In this document: piece by piece, positions 1 through 9,621 of the stretch
Position numbering within the stretch: the first letter of the stretch is position 1
Layout of the letters: every line of letters starts with the position of its first letter
Source: Planctomycetota bacterium
GTDB taxonomy: Bacteria > Planctomycetota > B15-G4 > SIAN01
DNA length: 64,000 nt
Reading direction: 5' to 3'
NCBI GenBank assembly: GCA_031409275.1
Contig: JANNXA010000036.1
Span: forward strand, 1-64,000
Notes under the pieces: generated by a model
What the model saw: only the letters and a program-made list of their open reading frames with translations
What the model was told of the DNA's origin: nothing
Databases searched by the model: none
Made by a program: the position numbers and the translations under genes

Positions 1-86
1 GCAAGGAGAAGCGTCCCGAAGCTGTGTCCGAAAGGACACTGCGATGGGCACTTCGACGCCGCAGATGGCGCCCCGCCGCAAGTCGC

Positions 87-929
87 CTAGTTCCACACCT
101 CGACTTCGTGCTCGAGCTCGATCCCGTGGACCTGCGCGACGCGGGCGCGGACCAGCGCCATCAGCGCGAGGAAGTCGCTGCCGGTCGCGCCGCCGGCGTT
201 GACGATGTAGTTCGCGTGCAGCGGCGAGACGAGCGCGCCGCCGATTCGCGTGCCCTTCAATCCCGCCTGATCGATCAGCCGGCCCGCGGGCTGCTCGGGC
301 GACGGGTTGCGGAAGATGCAGCCGGCGGATGGATAGCGCAGCGGCTGCGTCGTCTTCTTGTGCTCGTGGACTTCGGAAACACGTCGCTGCGTCGTCGCCG
401 CGTCGCTGCGCGCGAATTCGAGCGTCGCGTCGAGCACGAGATCGTCCCACCAGGCGCTCTTGCGGTAGGCGACGTCGCCCGGCTCGACGCTGCGTCGGAC
501 CACCTGGCCGTCACGCGTGAGCAGCGTCACTTCGCGCAGCACCCCCGCGATCGTGCCCCACTTGCCACCGGCATTGATCCGCACCGCAGCGCCGAGCGAT
601 CCCGGCACGCCGGCGCAACACTCGAGGCCGGAAAGGCCGCTGCGCACCGAGCGCGCCACCATCTCGCCGAGCGGTACGCCCGCATCGGCGCGCCAGCGCG
701 TGTCGCTCTGCTTCTCGAATCGCCGCAAGCCGCGCAACGAGACGATCGCCGCTTCCAGCGGCCCGTCGCCCGCGATGATGTTGCTGCCACCGGCCAGCAC
801 CCGAAAGTCACGGCCGCGCGCGCGCAGCCGATCGACCAACGCGACCAGCTCGGCCACGTCGGAAGGCTCGTACGCCTCGGCCGCGGTGCCGCCGATCTTC
901 GCGGTCAGGCGCGAGCGCAGGTCAAGCAA
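87..929 (-). CDS. murB: UDP-N-acetylenolpyruvoylglucosamine reductase
   Basis: GGSN, GVPGSLGAAVRINAG, SAGCIFRNP, HANYIVN and LEHEV motifs. TTG start at 929 with GGAGG upstream, overlapping the murC stop. Confidence 0.95.
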   Translation of the reverse strand: MLDLRSRLTAKIGGTAAEAYEPSDVAELVALVDRLRARGRDFRVLAGGSNIIAGDGPLEAAIVSLRGLRRFEKQSDTRWRADAGVPLGEMVARSVRSGLSGLECCAGVPGSLGAAVRINAGGKWGTIAGVLREVTLLTRDGQVVRRSVEPGDVAYRKSAWWDDLVLDATLEFARSDAATTQRRVSEVHEHKKTTQPLRYPSAGCIFRNPSPEQPAGRLIDQAGLKGTRIGGALVSPLHANYIVNAGGATGSDFLALMALVRARVAQVHGIELEHEVEVWN

Positions 930-2325
930 CCGTCGCCTCCGGTGCCTGCGTCGGCGCATCGCGCAGCACGTCGGCGAGATCATCGATGTCGCCCGCGCCC
1001 ATCAAGACGACGAGGTCGCCCTTGTGGGCGACGCGGCCGACGGTCGCGAAGACATCGCCGAGTCCGACCGTGCGATGCGGAGCGCGTCCGCGCGCAGCGA
1101 TGGCCGTGACCAATGCCTCGGTCTCGAACTCGACGCCTTCGCGCGACTCGCGCACCGAGAAGATGTTGGGCACCACCACTTCGTCGAACGCCGCGAGCTC
1201 CAGGGCGAAATCGTCGCGGAAGTCGCGGGTGCGGCTGGCCTGATGCGGCTGGAACACCACCACCAGCCGTTCGCCGGGATGGCTGTCGCGCAACGCCTGC
1301 CGTACGGCGCGAATCTCGGTCGGGTGGTGGGCGTAGTCCGAGAAGTACTGCACGCCATCGCGCGCGCCGACCGCTTCGAGGCGACGTCGCACGCCACGGA
1401 ACGTGCGCACGGCCTGCTCGATCGCCAGCGGAGCGGCACCGAGTTCGAGCGCGGCCGTCGCCGCGACCGCCGCATCGACGAGGTTGTGATCACCCGGCAA
1501 CGGCAGCTCGAGCAGCAGCGGCGCGTGGCCGCGCACGCGCAGCTGGCCGCGCCCGCAACCGTGGACGTTGCCGCCGCGCAGCAGGCGCGCCGTGCAACCG
1601 ACGCTCTCGCCCACGACCCGCACGTCGCCGGTGACGCGGCCCGCCAGCACGGCGGCGGCCGACTCGTGCAGCACCGCGACGCGATCGGCGACGCGGGGCA
1701 CGAGGAAGTCGGCGAAGGCGTCGATCACCTTCTCATGCGTGCCGAAGAAGTCGAGGTGGTCGGGCTCGACGTTGGTCACCAGCGCGACACGCGGATCGAA
1801 GTTGAGGAAGGAGCGGTCGTACTCGCACGCTTCGACCACGAAGTGCGGGCCGGCTCCGGCGCGGCCTGGCAGCGGCCAGCTGACCGGGAAACCGCCGACG
1901 ACGGCGCTCGGGTCTTCGCCGGCGGCCGCCAGCATCTCGGTGAGCAGCGTCGTGGTGGTCGTCTTGCCGTGCGTGCCGGCCACCGCCACGCACTCGCTGC
2001 GGTTCGCCTCGGCGCCGAGGAACTGGGCGTACTTGTGCGCCGGGATCGAATGGCGAGCAGCGGCGACGAGCTCCGGATGGTCGGGCCGCGCCGCCGCGGT
2101 GTAGATCAACGCATCGAGCGGGCCGGCCGCGTGCGCCGCCGCGTGCTCGAGATCGATCGCGGCGCCGTGGCGCGCGAGCAATCGCAGCAACGCGCCGTCC
2201 TTCTGATCACAGCCGCTGACGCGATCGCCGCGCAGCAGCAGGTAGGAAGCGAGGGACGCGAGTCCGCTGCCGCCGATGCCGACGAGGTGGAAGTGCCGTC
2301 CGCTCGCGCCGCCTGCTTGAACCAC
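922..2325 (-). CDS. murC: UDP-N-acetylmuramate--L-alanine ligase
   Basis: HLVGIGGSG, AGTHGKTTTT, EACEYD, DHLD, GVRRR, DYAHHPTE, FQPH and MGAGD motifs. Confidence 0.96.
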   Translation of the reverse strand: MVQAGGASGRHFHLVGIGGSGLASLASYLLLRGDRVSGCDQKDGALLRLLARHGAAIDLEHAAAHAAGPLDALIYTAAARPDHPELVAAARHSIPAHKYAQFLGAEANRSECVAVAGTHGKTTTTTLLTEMLAAAGEDPSAVVGGFPVSWPLPGRAGAGPHFVVEACEYDRSFLNFDPRVALVTNVEPDHLDFFGTHEKVIDAFADFLVPRVADRVAVLHESAAAVLAGRVTGDVRVVGESVGCTARLLRGGNVHGCGRGQLRVRGHAPLLLELPLPGDHNLVDAAVAATAALELGAAPLAIEQAVRTFRGVRRRLEAVGARDGVQYFSDYAHHPTEIRAVRQALRDSHPGERLVVVFQPHQASRTRDFRDDFALELAAFDEVVVPNIFSVRESREGVEFETEALVTAIAARGRAPHRTVGLGDVFATVGRVAHKGDLVVLMGAGDIDDLADVLRDAPTQAPEATVA

Positions 2326-2358
2326 GAATGCCCCCCGATTGCGTCGTACGAATGGGAT

Positions 2359-3516
2359 CTATAGCGCTTGCAACGCCACCAACGCGGCGGCCCCGATCGA
2401 TTGCGGACCTGAAGCCTGATCGAGCAGCTGCTCGATCTCCTCCACGATGCGGCGCGTGCCATCGCGACGGCCGAGCGCGAACGCCTTGCGGCCACGCGCC
2501 TCGAGCTCGTCGGGATCGGCGAGCTTCGGGAGGAGATGGTGCGCGACGAAGTCGGCGCCAGTCGCCCCCTCCTCCACCATCCATGCGGCGCCCGCGTCCA
2601 CCAGCACGCGCGCGTTCCACTCCTGGTGGCGATCGGCGTGGTGGGGATAGGGCAGGAAGAGGGCGGGGCGTCCCGCGGCGGCGAGTTCAGCGACCGTCAT
2701 GCCACCGGCGCGCGCCAGGACGAGGTTGGCCGCGGCGTAGCAAGCCGCCATGTCGTCGCAAAACGGGAGGACCTTCGCGTCGACGCCCGCCATCGCGTAG
2801 GCGTGGCTGACCTTCTCCTCATCGCGCGGACCGCTCAGGTGCAGGAGCTGGAGGTCGCGCGTCGCGGCGAGATCGGCGGCGCCCGCAATCAGACGTTCGT
2901 TGATCGCGTTCGCGCCGAGGCTGCCGCCGAGCGCGAGGAGCACGCGCGCATCGGGGTGCAAGCCCAGCCGGCGACGCGCTTCACGCTGTCCCGGCAAGCT
3001 GTCGAACTTGAGCGGCATGCCGGTCACGCGCGCACGCCAGTCGGGGAGCCGAGCTTCCGGTGGCGGCAACCACTGCAGGAAGACGCGCTTCGCGAAGGGC
3101 GCGGCCAGCCGCGCCGAACGGCCCGGCAGCACGTTCGATTCGAGGATGACCATCGGTGCGCGCAGCCGCGCGAAACGGGCGATGAAGGCGACATAGCCGC
3201 CGAGGAAGACCAGCAGGTCGGGCTTGCTCTTCGCGAGGAAACGGGCGGCGTTGAACCAGGCGCGCGCGTAGAGGTCGGCGCGCCATGGCGCCGGGCGCGA
3301 GGTGCGGCCGGGGAAGAGCTCGAGCCCGGTCGCCTCGGAGCTGACGAAGTTGCGCTCCACGGCGCGACCGGCCAACAGGAAGGGCAGCTTCCAATCGGGG
3401 TGGCGGCGCAACAACGCCTCGCGCAGCACGACGCCCGGCTGCAGATGACCGCCGGTGCCGCCGCCCACGAAGACGATGGTGCGCGGACGCGAGGGAGCGA
3501 GGGGTGGCGGGTTCAC
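2359..3516 (-). CDS. murG: Undecaprenyl-PP-MurNAc-pentapeptide GlcNAc transferase
   Basis: GGGTGGH, GGY, ESN, GGSLGA, RAGGMTVAE and HQEWNA motifs. Confidence 0.95.
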   Translation of the reverse strand: MNPPPLAPSRPRTIVFVGGGTGGHLQPGVVLREALLRRHPDWKLPFLLAGRAVERNFVSSEATGLELFPGRTSRPAPWRADLYARAWFNAARFLAKSKPDLLVFLGGYVAFIARFARLRAPMVILESNVLPGRSARLAAPFAKRVFLQWLPPPEARLPDWRARVTGMPLKFDSLPGQREARRRLGLHPDARVLLALGGSLGANAINERLIAGAADLAATRDLQLLHLSGPRDEEKVSHAYAMAGVDAKVLPFCDDMAACYAAANLVLARAGGMTVAELAAAGRPALFLPYPHHADRHQEWNARVLVDAGAAWMVEEGATGADFVAHHLLPKLADPDELEARGRKAFALGRRDGTRRIVEEIEQLLDQASGPQSIGAAALVALQAL

Positions 3517-4289
3517 GGGATGCGCAATTCGAGTCCGACGCGCACGCGGCCGGGGCCGTCGAGGACGTCGCGATTCGCCTCGAGCAGATCGATCCAGCGC
3601 TCCTCATCGCCGTACCAGCGCTTCGCGATCGAGCGCAACGTTTCATCGGCCATCACGACATGCCGTCGCGCCGCCGGTGTCGCGGTCACCTTCGGTGCCG
3701 CGCGCACGACCGGCGGCAGTTGCAGCTTCGCGCCCGTCTTCAGCCGCTTGGGATCGAGGCCCGGATTCCACGCGATCAGCACGCGCCACTGCTCGGAGCT
3801 GCCGAGCTCGCGCGCGGCGATCTTCTGCAGCGTGTCGCCCTTCTGGATGACCGTCGAGCGCGCGTCGGCGACGGCGCCCGGCGTCGGCGGCGCGATCACC
3901 GCCATGCGTCCAGGCAAGCGCACGGGCGGCTCGAAGAAGTCGAAGTGGGCGCGCCGCGCGGGTTGGCGCGCGACCCCCCCACCAGGAGCGTCCTGCCGCC
4001 GATCGAGGAGTGCGACGCCATGCGTCTCGACGCGCGGCGCCGGCGGCTGGATCGCTTCCACATCACTGGCAGCGTCTGGCGCCTGCGCGTCGTCGGAGCG
4101 CTCGGCCGGCACCTGCTCGGGAATCTGCGCCAGGATCTCCTGTGCGTTGGCCACCGGCTCGTTCCCCGCCAGCGCCTGGGCGAGGTAGGCGACACCGAGG
4201 ATGAAGGCCGCCACCAAGGCGAGCAGGCCGTAGCGCTCGAGGTCGCCGTGCGACGTCCACTCGAAAGGGGTGCGACGGCGTCGGCTCAC
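3513..4289 (-). CDS. Membrane-anchored protein with two LysM peptidoglycan-binding domains
   Basis: C-terminal part of ORF 3513..5579. TM segment YGLLALVAAFILGVAYLA, Pro/Ala linker, LysM1 (IQKGDTLQKIA...LKTGAKLQLP), LysM2 (VMADETLRSIA...VRVGLELRIP). GTG start overlaps the ftsW TGA. Confidence 0.85.
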   Translation of the reverse strand: MSRRRRTPFEWTSHGDLERYGLLALVAAFILGVAYLAQALAGNEPVANAQEILAQIPEQVPAERSDDAQAPDAASDVEAIQPPAPRVETHGVALLDRRQDAPGGGVARQPARRAHFDFFEPPVRLPGRMAVIAPPTPGAVADARSTVIQKGDTLQKIAARELGSSEQWRVLIAWNPGLDPKRLKTGAKLQLPPVVRAAPKVTATPAARRHVVMADETLRSIAKRWYGDEERWIDLLEANRDVLDGPGRVRVGLELRIP

Positions 4290-5557
4290 CGTGCCACTCC
4301 AGCGTCGTCCATGGCGCTCTCCCCCTCCTCGACTCCGAGTTCCGGATCGTTCGCGCGCGCGTGGCGGGCGCACGCCAGAGCGACGCCGACCCCCAGGCAC
4401 AGCAGCGTCAACGACGAGCCGCCCGAACTGATGAACGGCAGCGGGATGCCCTTCACCGGCGCCCAGCGCACCGCGACGAAGACGTTCATCAACGCCTGGA
4501 TCGCGATGGTGATCAGGACACCCGCGAGCACGAAGAAACCGAAGCGGTGCCGCATCCCGAGCAGTACGCGGCGACCGCTCCACAACAGCAGGGCGAAGAG
4601 CAGCAGCACCGACGTCGTGCCGATGAACCCGAGCTCCTCGCCGATGTTGGCGAGGATGAAGTCGTTCTCGCCCTCGGCCAGGAAGAAGAGCTTGTGGCGA
4701 CCGGCGCCGAGCCCGACTCCTGTGAGCCCACCGACTCGCAACGCCGACTGCGCGAAGTCGACCTGCGTGGGCAGGCCCGAGACGGGCGCGACATCGCCGA
4801 AGTGGTGATCCGTGAACGCGCCGATGCGCTTGAAGATGTACTGCGTATCGGGATTGAGCCACAGGAAGGCGCCGCCCAGCGGCAGCGCGATGGCCGCCAG
4901 CAGCAGCAGATGGCGCACGCGCGCACCGGCCAGCAGCAGCAGCAGGAAGCCGAGCGCGGAGAGCAGCAGCGACGTGCCGAAGTCGGTTTCGAGCAGGATC
5001 AGGGCCGCCGGCAGCAGCACCATCGCAGCGGCCGGAAGGAACGTCTTCGTGAAGCTCGCGCCGAGGTCCTGCACCTTGGAGACGTAGGCGGCGATCGCCA
5101 ACACCATCGCGAGCTTGGCGATCTCGGACGGCTGCAGCCCGAAGCCGATCAGCTTCTCCGTGGCCATCCAGCGCCGCGACCCGTGCGAGTTGACCCCGAT
5201 TCCCGGCACCAGCACCAGCACCAGCAGCACCAGCGCCAGCACGTAGAAGGGCTTCGCGAGCCGCAGCAGCCGGGTCGGTGCCAACCGCGAGGCGCCGAAC
5301 ATCAGCAGCAGCCCGACCACCACCTTGGCGCCGTGCTTCAGCAACGGACGAACGGTCGATTCGCCCGCCTCGGCCGACTCGATCGCCGAAGCGCTGAAGA
5401 CCATGACGACACCGAACGCCAGCAATGTCAGCACGCAGCCGAGCACCAGGAACGACGAGCGCTCGATCTCTTCGGGCGGCGTCTCGCGCGCGAGCGGGAG
5501 CACTGCGTCCGCCGACGCGACCTGCAGCTCGTCCGGATGCAACGTGGTGGAGTCCAT
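4286..5557 (-). CDS. ftsW: SEDS-family peptidoglycan glycosyltransferase FtsW
   Basis: MVFSAS, GSRRW, QPSEIAK, DFGT, NDFILANIGEELG and KGIPLPFISSGGSS motifs. ATG overlaps the mraY stop (TGATG). Confidence 0.93.
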   Translation of the reverse strand: MDSTTLHPDELQVASADAVLPLARETPPEEIERSSFLVLGCVLTLLAFGVVMVFSASAIESAEAGESTVRPLLKHGAKVVVGLLLMFGASRLAPTRLLRLAKPFYVLALVLLVLVLVPGIGVNSHGSRRWMATEKLIGFGLQPSEIAKLAMVLAIAAYVSKVQDLGASFTKTFLPAAAMVLLPAALILLETDFGTSLLLSALGFLLLLLAGARVRHLLLLAAIALPLGGAFLWLNPDTQYIFKRIGAFTDHHFGDVAPVSGLPTQVDFAQSALRVGGLTGVGLGAGRHKLFFLAEGENDFILANIGEELGFIGTTSVLLLFALLLWSGRRVLLGMRHRFGFFVLAGVLITIAIQALMNVFVAVRWAPVKGIPLPFISSGGSSLTLLCLGVGVALACARHARANDPELGVEEGESAMDDAGVAR

Positions 5558-6723
5558 CAGCGCACCGCCAACGTCGCAAGGCCGACCAGCGCGCACAAGC
5601 CGGCGACGATCCAGAAACGCGTCACGATCTTCACCTCGTGCATGCCACCGAACTGGAAATGGTGATGGAGCGGCGCGCAGCGGAAGATCCGTGTGCGGGT
5701 GCGCTTGAACCACGCCACCTGCAGCACGACCGACAGCGCCTCTGCGACGAAGACTCCGCCGACGATCGGCAGCACCAGTTCCTGCTTGGTGACGCAGGCG
5801 ATGAAGCCGAGGAGTCCGCCGAGCGCGAGCGAGCCGGTGTCGCCGAGGAAGACCTGCGCCGGATGGGCGTTGAACCAGAGGAAGGCAAGGCAGGCGCCGG
5901 CGAGCGCGGACGCCACCACCGCCATCTCCTCGGCGCCGGCGACGTGCGTGATCGGGAGGTGGTACGCGCGCTCCGAGCGGCCGACGGCATAGGCGATCAC
6001 TGCGAACGCGGAGGCCGCCAGCACCACGCAGCCAGGGGCGAGCCCATCGAGGCCGTCCGTCAGGTTCACGGCGTTGCTGGTGCCGACCATGATCAGCGTG
6101 CACGCCAACACATAGGGCAGTCCGTGCCACCACGACAGGTCGATCTTCGCGCTGGTGAAAGGGATGGAGAGGGAGAGCAGGTCGCGCAGTTCGTCCGTGT
6201 CCTTCGTGCTGCCCTTCATCGTCGCCAGCAAGGCGAAGCCGAGCGCCGCCGAGACGCCGATCTGCAATGCCATCTTCCCGCGGGCCGAGATGCCGCTCTT
6301 GCCGTCCGGCCCGTTGCCGCGTCGCGTGAGCTTCAGCAGGTCGTCGATCATCCCGATCAGGCAGAAGCCCACGGCACCGAGCAGCGCGTCGACGACGTAG
6401 GGATTGTGCAGGTCGCCAAAGCAGGCCAGCGCAAGTCCCATCGCCGGCAGGAACAGGACGCCGCCCATGGTCGGCGTGTCGCGTTTGCTCTTCGAGAGGT
6501 CGGCCAGCTTGGCCGAGTCGACCTTGGTGACCGTCTCCTGCGTGCGCAGTCGCTTGAGCCAGCGCACGACCAGCGGTCCGATCAGGACGCCGACCAGGAA
6601 CGCCGTCGCGCCAGCCTTCGCCGTGCGCAGCACGACCTGGGGACCGAGATCGGGTCCGCCGGGCGCGATCGCAAGGGTTTCCGCCACCGTCTCAAGAAAT
6701 GCCACGGCCGGCTCCTGCAGCAC
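5557..6723 (-). CDS. mraY: Phospho-N-acetylmuramoyl-pentapeptide transferase
   Basis: TPTMGG, IDD, NAVNLTDGLDGLA, FLGDTGSL and APLHHHF motifs. Start could be the GTG near 6705. Confidence 0.96.
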   Translation of the reverse strand: MLQEPAVAFLETVAETLAIAPGGPDLGPQVVLRTAKAGATAFLVGVLIGPLVVRWLKRLRTQETVTKVDSAKLADLSKSKRDTPTMGGVLFLPAMGLALACFGDLHNPYVVDALLGAVGFCLIGMIDDLLKLTRRGNGPDGKSGISARGKMALQIGVSAALGFALLATMKGSTKDTDELRDLLSLSIPFTSAKIDLSWWHGLPYVLACTLIMVGTSNAVNLTDGLDGLAPGCVVLAASAFAVIAYAVGRSERAYHLPITHVAGAEEMAVVASALAGACLAFLWFNAHPAQVFLGDTGSLALGGLLGFIACVTKQELVLPIVGGVFVAEALSVVLQVAWFKRTRTRIFRCAPLHHHFQFGGMHEVKIVTRFWIVAGLCALVGLATLAVR

Positions 6724-8107
6724 GCGCCGCCGATTGGCCGTGCGAGACTTCGATGGCCGCGACGACGCGCTCCATCGCCATGCCGCGTGATCCCTTCACC
6801 AACACGACATCGCCGCGTTGCAGCAACGGCGGCAGCAGCACTGCCGCCGCCTTCGCGTCCGCGCAGGTCAACGCGCGCTCTTCCGCGAGGCCGCGGCGCC
6901 GAGCGCCCGCGACCACATCGTGCGCATGGCTGCCGACCGCGACCAACAACGCGTCTGGCACCAGGCTCAGCAGCTCGCCGCACTTGCCGTGGAGCGCCGC
7001 CGATTGTTCTCCGAGTTCGAGCATGTCGCCGAGCACCACCACGCGACGCCCCTTCGCCGGAGTCGCCGCCAGCGTGCGCAGCGCCGCCTCGACCGAGCCG
7101 GGGTTGGCGTTGTAGGTGTCGTCGAGGAGCGTGATGCCGTCGAGCCGCAACGGCGCGAGGCGCATCGGCGGCCCCTCCACGCGGCGCAACGCCGCGATCG
7201 CATCGGGCAACGGCACGCCGAGCGCGTCGGCGGCGGCCAGCGCGGCGAGCGAGTTGTAGACGTTGTGGCAACCGCCGAGCGGCACGTAGACGCGCTGTCC
7301 GCGCAGCTTGTAGACGAGTCGGCGGAAGTCGAACTTGATGTCCACCGCGCGGAAGTCGGCCGGCCGGCGGATGCCGAACGTCACGACGCGCGCCGCCGTC
7401 CGCGTGCGCAGCTTGAGCAGCGCCGGATCGTCGGCGTTCAGCACCGCGACGCCATGCGCCGGCAGCGCTTCGACGAGCGCCCCCTTCTCCGTCACGACGC
7501 CATCGAGGTCGCGCAGGAACTCGACATGCGAATAGGAGCAGTTGGTCACGATTCCGACCTCGGGTCGACCGAGGTCCGCGAGGCGCGCGATCTCGCCAGG
7601 ATGGTTGGTCCCCATCTCGAGCGCGGCGAAGCGTGTGGTCGACTCGATCGACAGCAGCGTCAACGGCAGCCCGATGTCGTTGTTGAACGACTTCTCGGAG
7701 GCGATGGTCGCGCCGCCCGCCGCCAACGCCGAACGCAGCAGTTCCTTCGTCGTGGTCTTGCCGTTGCTGCCAGTCACCGCGGCGCGACGCGCATCGCAGC
7801 GCAGCGCATGCCAGCGCGCGAGACGACCGAGCGCGCGACGCGTGTCATCGACTTCGATGCGGGCGATCCCGGCCGGCGCCGTGCCCGCGAGCGGCCGATC
7901 GACGAGCGCGACCTTCGCGCCGGCGCGCGCGGCGTCGGCGAGGAAGTCGTGGCCGTCGAATCGATCGCCGCGCAACGCGACGAAGAGGAGGTCGGCGCCA
8001 GCCTGGCGGCTGTCGGTCGTGACCCCCGCAAGCTCGCGATCGGGAAGCGACGGCACCAGCCGCCCTCCCGTCGCGGTGACCACTTCGCTCAGCCGGAACG
8101 TCGGCAC
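6692..8107 (-). CDS. murF: UDP-MurNAc-tripeptide--D-Ala-D-Ala ligase
   Basis: TDSR, DGHDF, TGSNGKTTTKE, NNDIGLP, EMG, DDTYNANP, LGDMLELG and KGSRG motifs. GTG start with GGGAG upstream. Confidence 0.96.
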   Translation of the reverse strand: MPTFRLSEVVTATGGRLVPSLPDRELAGVTTDSRQAGADLLFVALRGDRFDGHDFLADAARAGAKVALVDRPLAGTAPAGIARIEVDDTRRALGRLARWHALRCDARRAAVTGSNGKTTTKELLRSALAAGGATIASEKSFNNDIGLPLTLLSIESTTRFAALEMGTNHPGEIARLADLGRPEVGIVTNCSYSHVEFLRDLDGVVTEKGALVEALPAHGVAVLNADDPALLKLRTRTAARVVTFGIRRPADFRAVDIKFDFRRLVYKLRGQRVYVPLGGCHNVYNSLAALAAADALGVPLPDAIAALRRVEGPPMRLAPLRLDGITLLDDTYNANPGSVEAALRTLAATPAKGRRVVVLGDMLELGEQSAALHGKCGELLSLVPDALLVAVGSHAHDVVAGARRRGLAEERALTCADAKAAAVLLPPLLQRGDVVLVKGSRGMAMERVVAAIEVSHGQSAARAAGAGRGIS

Positions 8108-9621
8108 AGGTGCTCCCTCGCGACGGCGCGATCGTCGAATGGCAGCTTCGCGCCTTGGACCAGCTGGTAGTCCTCGTGTCCCTTGCCGGCGATGAGGACG
8201 ACGTCGCCGGGTTGCGCCAGATCGAGGGCGCGCGCGATGGCGCAACCGCGGTCGAGCTCGATCTCGACGATCGCCGCGCTCGGCAGCCCGTCGACGATCT
8301 CAGCGACGATCGCCGCTGGATCTTCGCTGCGCGGGTTGTCGCTGGTGACGATGGTGCGATCGGACCAGGTCGCCGCGACGCGGCCCATCCGCGGCCGCTT
8401 GGTGCGATCGCGATCGCCGCCGCAGCCGAAGACGGTGAGCAGACGGCCGGGCGTCAGCGGACGCAGCAGCCGCAGGATCTTCTCGAGCGCGTCATCGGTG
8501 TGGGCGTAGTCGACGAGCACCGTGAACGGCTGGCCCGCCTCGACCGGCTCGAGGCGACCCGGCACGTGACGCAATGCGGCGAGCCCCGCAGCGATCGCCG
8601 GGCGCGGCAGATCGAGCGCGAGCGCCGCTGCGGCCGCAGCGAGCGCATTCATCAAGTTGTGGCGACCGGGCAAGGCGATCGCAGCTTCCATGCGGCCGCC
8701 GCCGAGCGAGCCATCGAGCGCAAGCTCGAAACGGCTGCCGTGCACGTCGGCGACGATTGAAGTCAGGCGCACATGGGCGCCGGGAAGATCGCCGTACGTG
8801 ACGAGGCGCGCCGGGCTTGCCTTGACCATGTCGAGCGCATGCGGATCCTCGCCATTCACGATGGCGAGACCATCCTCCGGCAACTGCGCGAACAGCAAAG
8901 CCTTGGCGTCGCGATAGTGCTCCACGCTCGGGTGGTAGTCGAGGTGCTCGCGTGCGAGCTGCGTGAAAAGCGCGGCGCGGAAGCGCATGCCGGCGACGCG
9001 CTCCTGATCGAGCGCATGCGAGGAGACCTCCATCGCCAGCGAGCGGCCGCCAGCTTCGCGCACTTGCGCGAGCAGCTTCGCGAGATGGAGCGAATCGGGC
9101 GTCGTATGGGTCGAGGGGCGCGGCGCCTGACCGTACAGACGCTCCTCGATCGTGCCGAGCAGCGATGGCGCGAGGTCGGCAGCGGCGAACACGGAGTGCA
9201 GGTAGTTGGCGGTGGTGGTCTTGCCCTTCGTTCCGGTGACGCCCACGCACAGCAGATCGGCCGATGGATCGCCGTGGAACGCGTGGGCCGCCAGCGCCTT
9301 GGCGCGCCTCACCTCCTCGACGACGAGCAGGGGCAGCCCGCTCCGGATCGCCACCGCGGCATCGAGCTGCGCGCGGCCGACGACAGCCGCGAGCGCTCCC
9401 CGTCGGTGCGCGTCGAGCAGGTAGCGGACGCCATCCTCGCGGACGCCCGGAACGGCGAAGAAGAGCGCGTCTCGCGGGCAGTCGCGGCTGTCGCTCGACA
9501 ACGCGGCCGGCACCCAGGCGGCGACCTCGCACGGCACGACCGCCCCCATCGCGCGCGCGAGCGCGGCGAGAGTCGTTGCGCCTGGAATCGTCGCTGCGGC
9601 GGTGCCGAAGCTCGCGGTCAT
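8089..9621 (-). CDS. murE: UDP-MurNAc-Ala-Glu--meso-diaminopimelate ligase
   Basis: TGTKGKTT, TTPD, MEVSSHAL, EHLDYH, DYAHT, FGCGGDRD, DNPR and AGKGHE motifs. ATG overlaps the ftsI stop. Confidence 0.96.
   Translation of the reverse strand: MTASFGTAAATIPGATTLAALARAMGAVVPCEVAAWVPAALSSDSRDCPRDALFFAVPGVREDGVRYLLDAHRRGALAAVVGRAQLDAAVAIRSGLPLLVVEEVRRAKALAAHAFHGDPSADLLCVGVTGTKGKTTTANYLHSVFAAADLAPSLLGTIEERLYGQAPRPSTHTTPDSLHLAKLLAQVREAGGRSLAMEVSSHALDQERVAGMRFRAALFTQLAREHLDYHPSVEHYRDAKALLFAQLPEDGLAIVNGEDPHALDMVKASPARLVTYGDLPGAHVRLTSIVADVHGSRFELALDGSLGGGRMEAAIALPGRHNLMNALAAAAAALALDLPRPAIAAGLAALRHVPGRLEPVEAGQPFTVLVDYAHTDDALEKILRLLRPLTPGRLLTVFGCGGDRDRTKRPRMGRVAATWSDRTIVTSDNPRSEDPAAIVAEIVDGLPSAAIVEIELDRGCAIARALDLAQPGDVVLIAGKGHEDYQLVQGAKLPFDDRAVAREHLCRRSG

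Noticed and set aside
3513..6133. Apparent long N-terminal extensions on the LysM (688 aa) and FtsW (615 aa) ORFs
   Set aside because: Off-frame overlaps of ftsW and mraY; coupled starts at 4289 and 5557 explain them.
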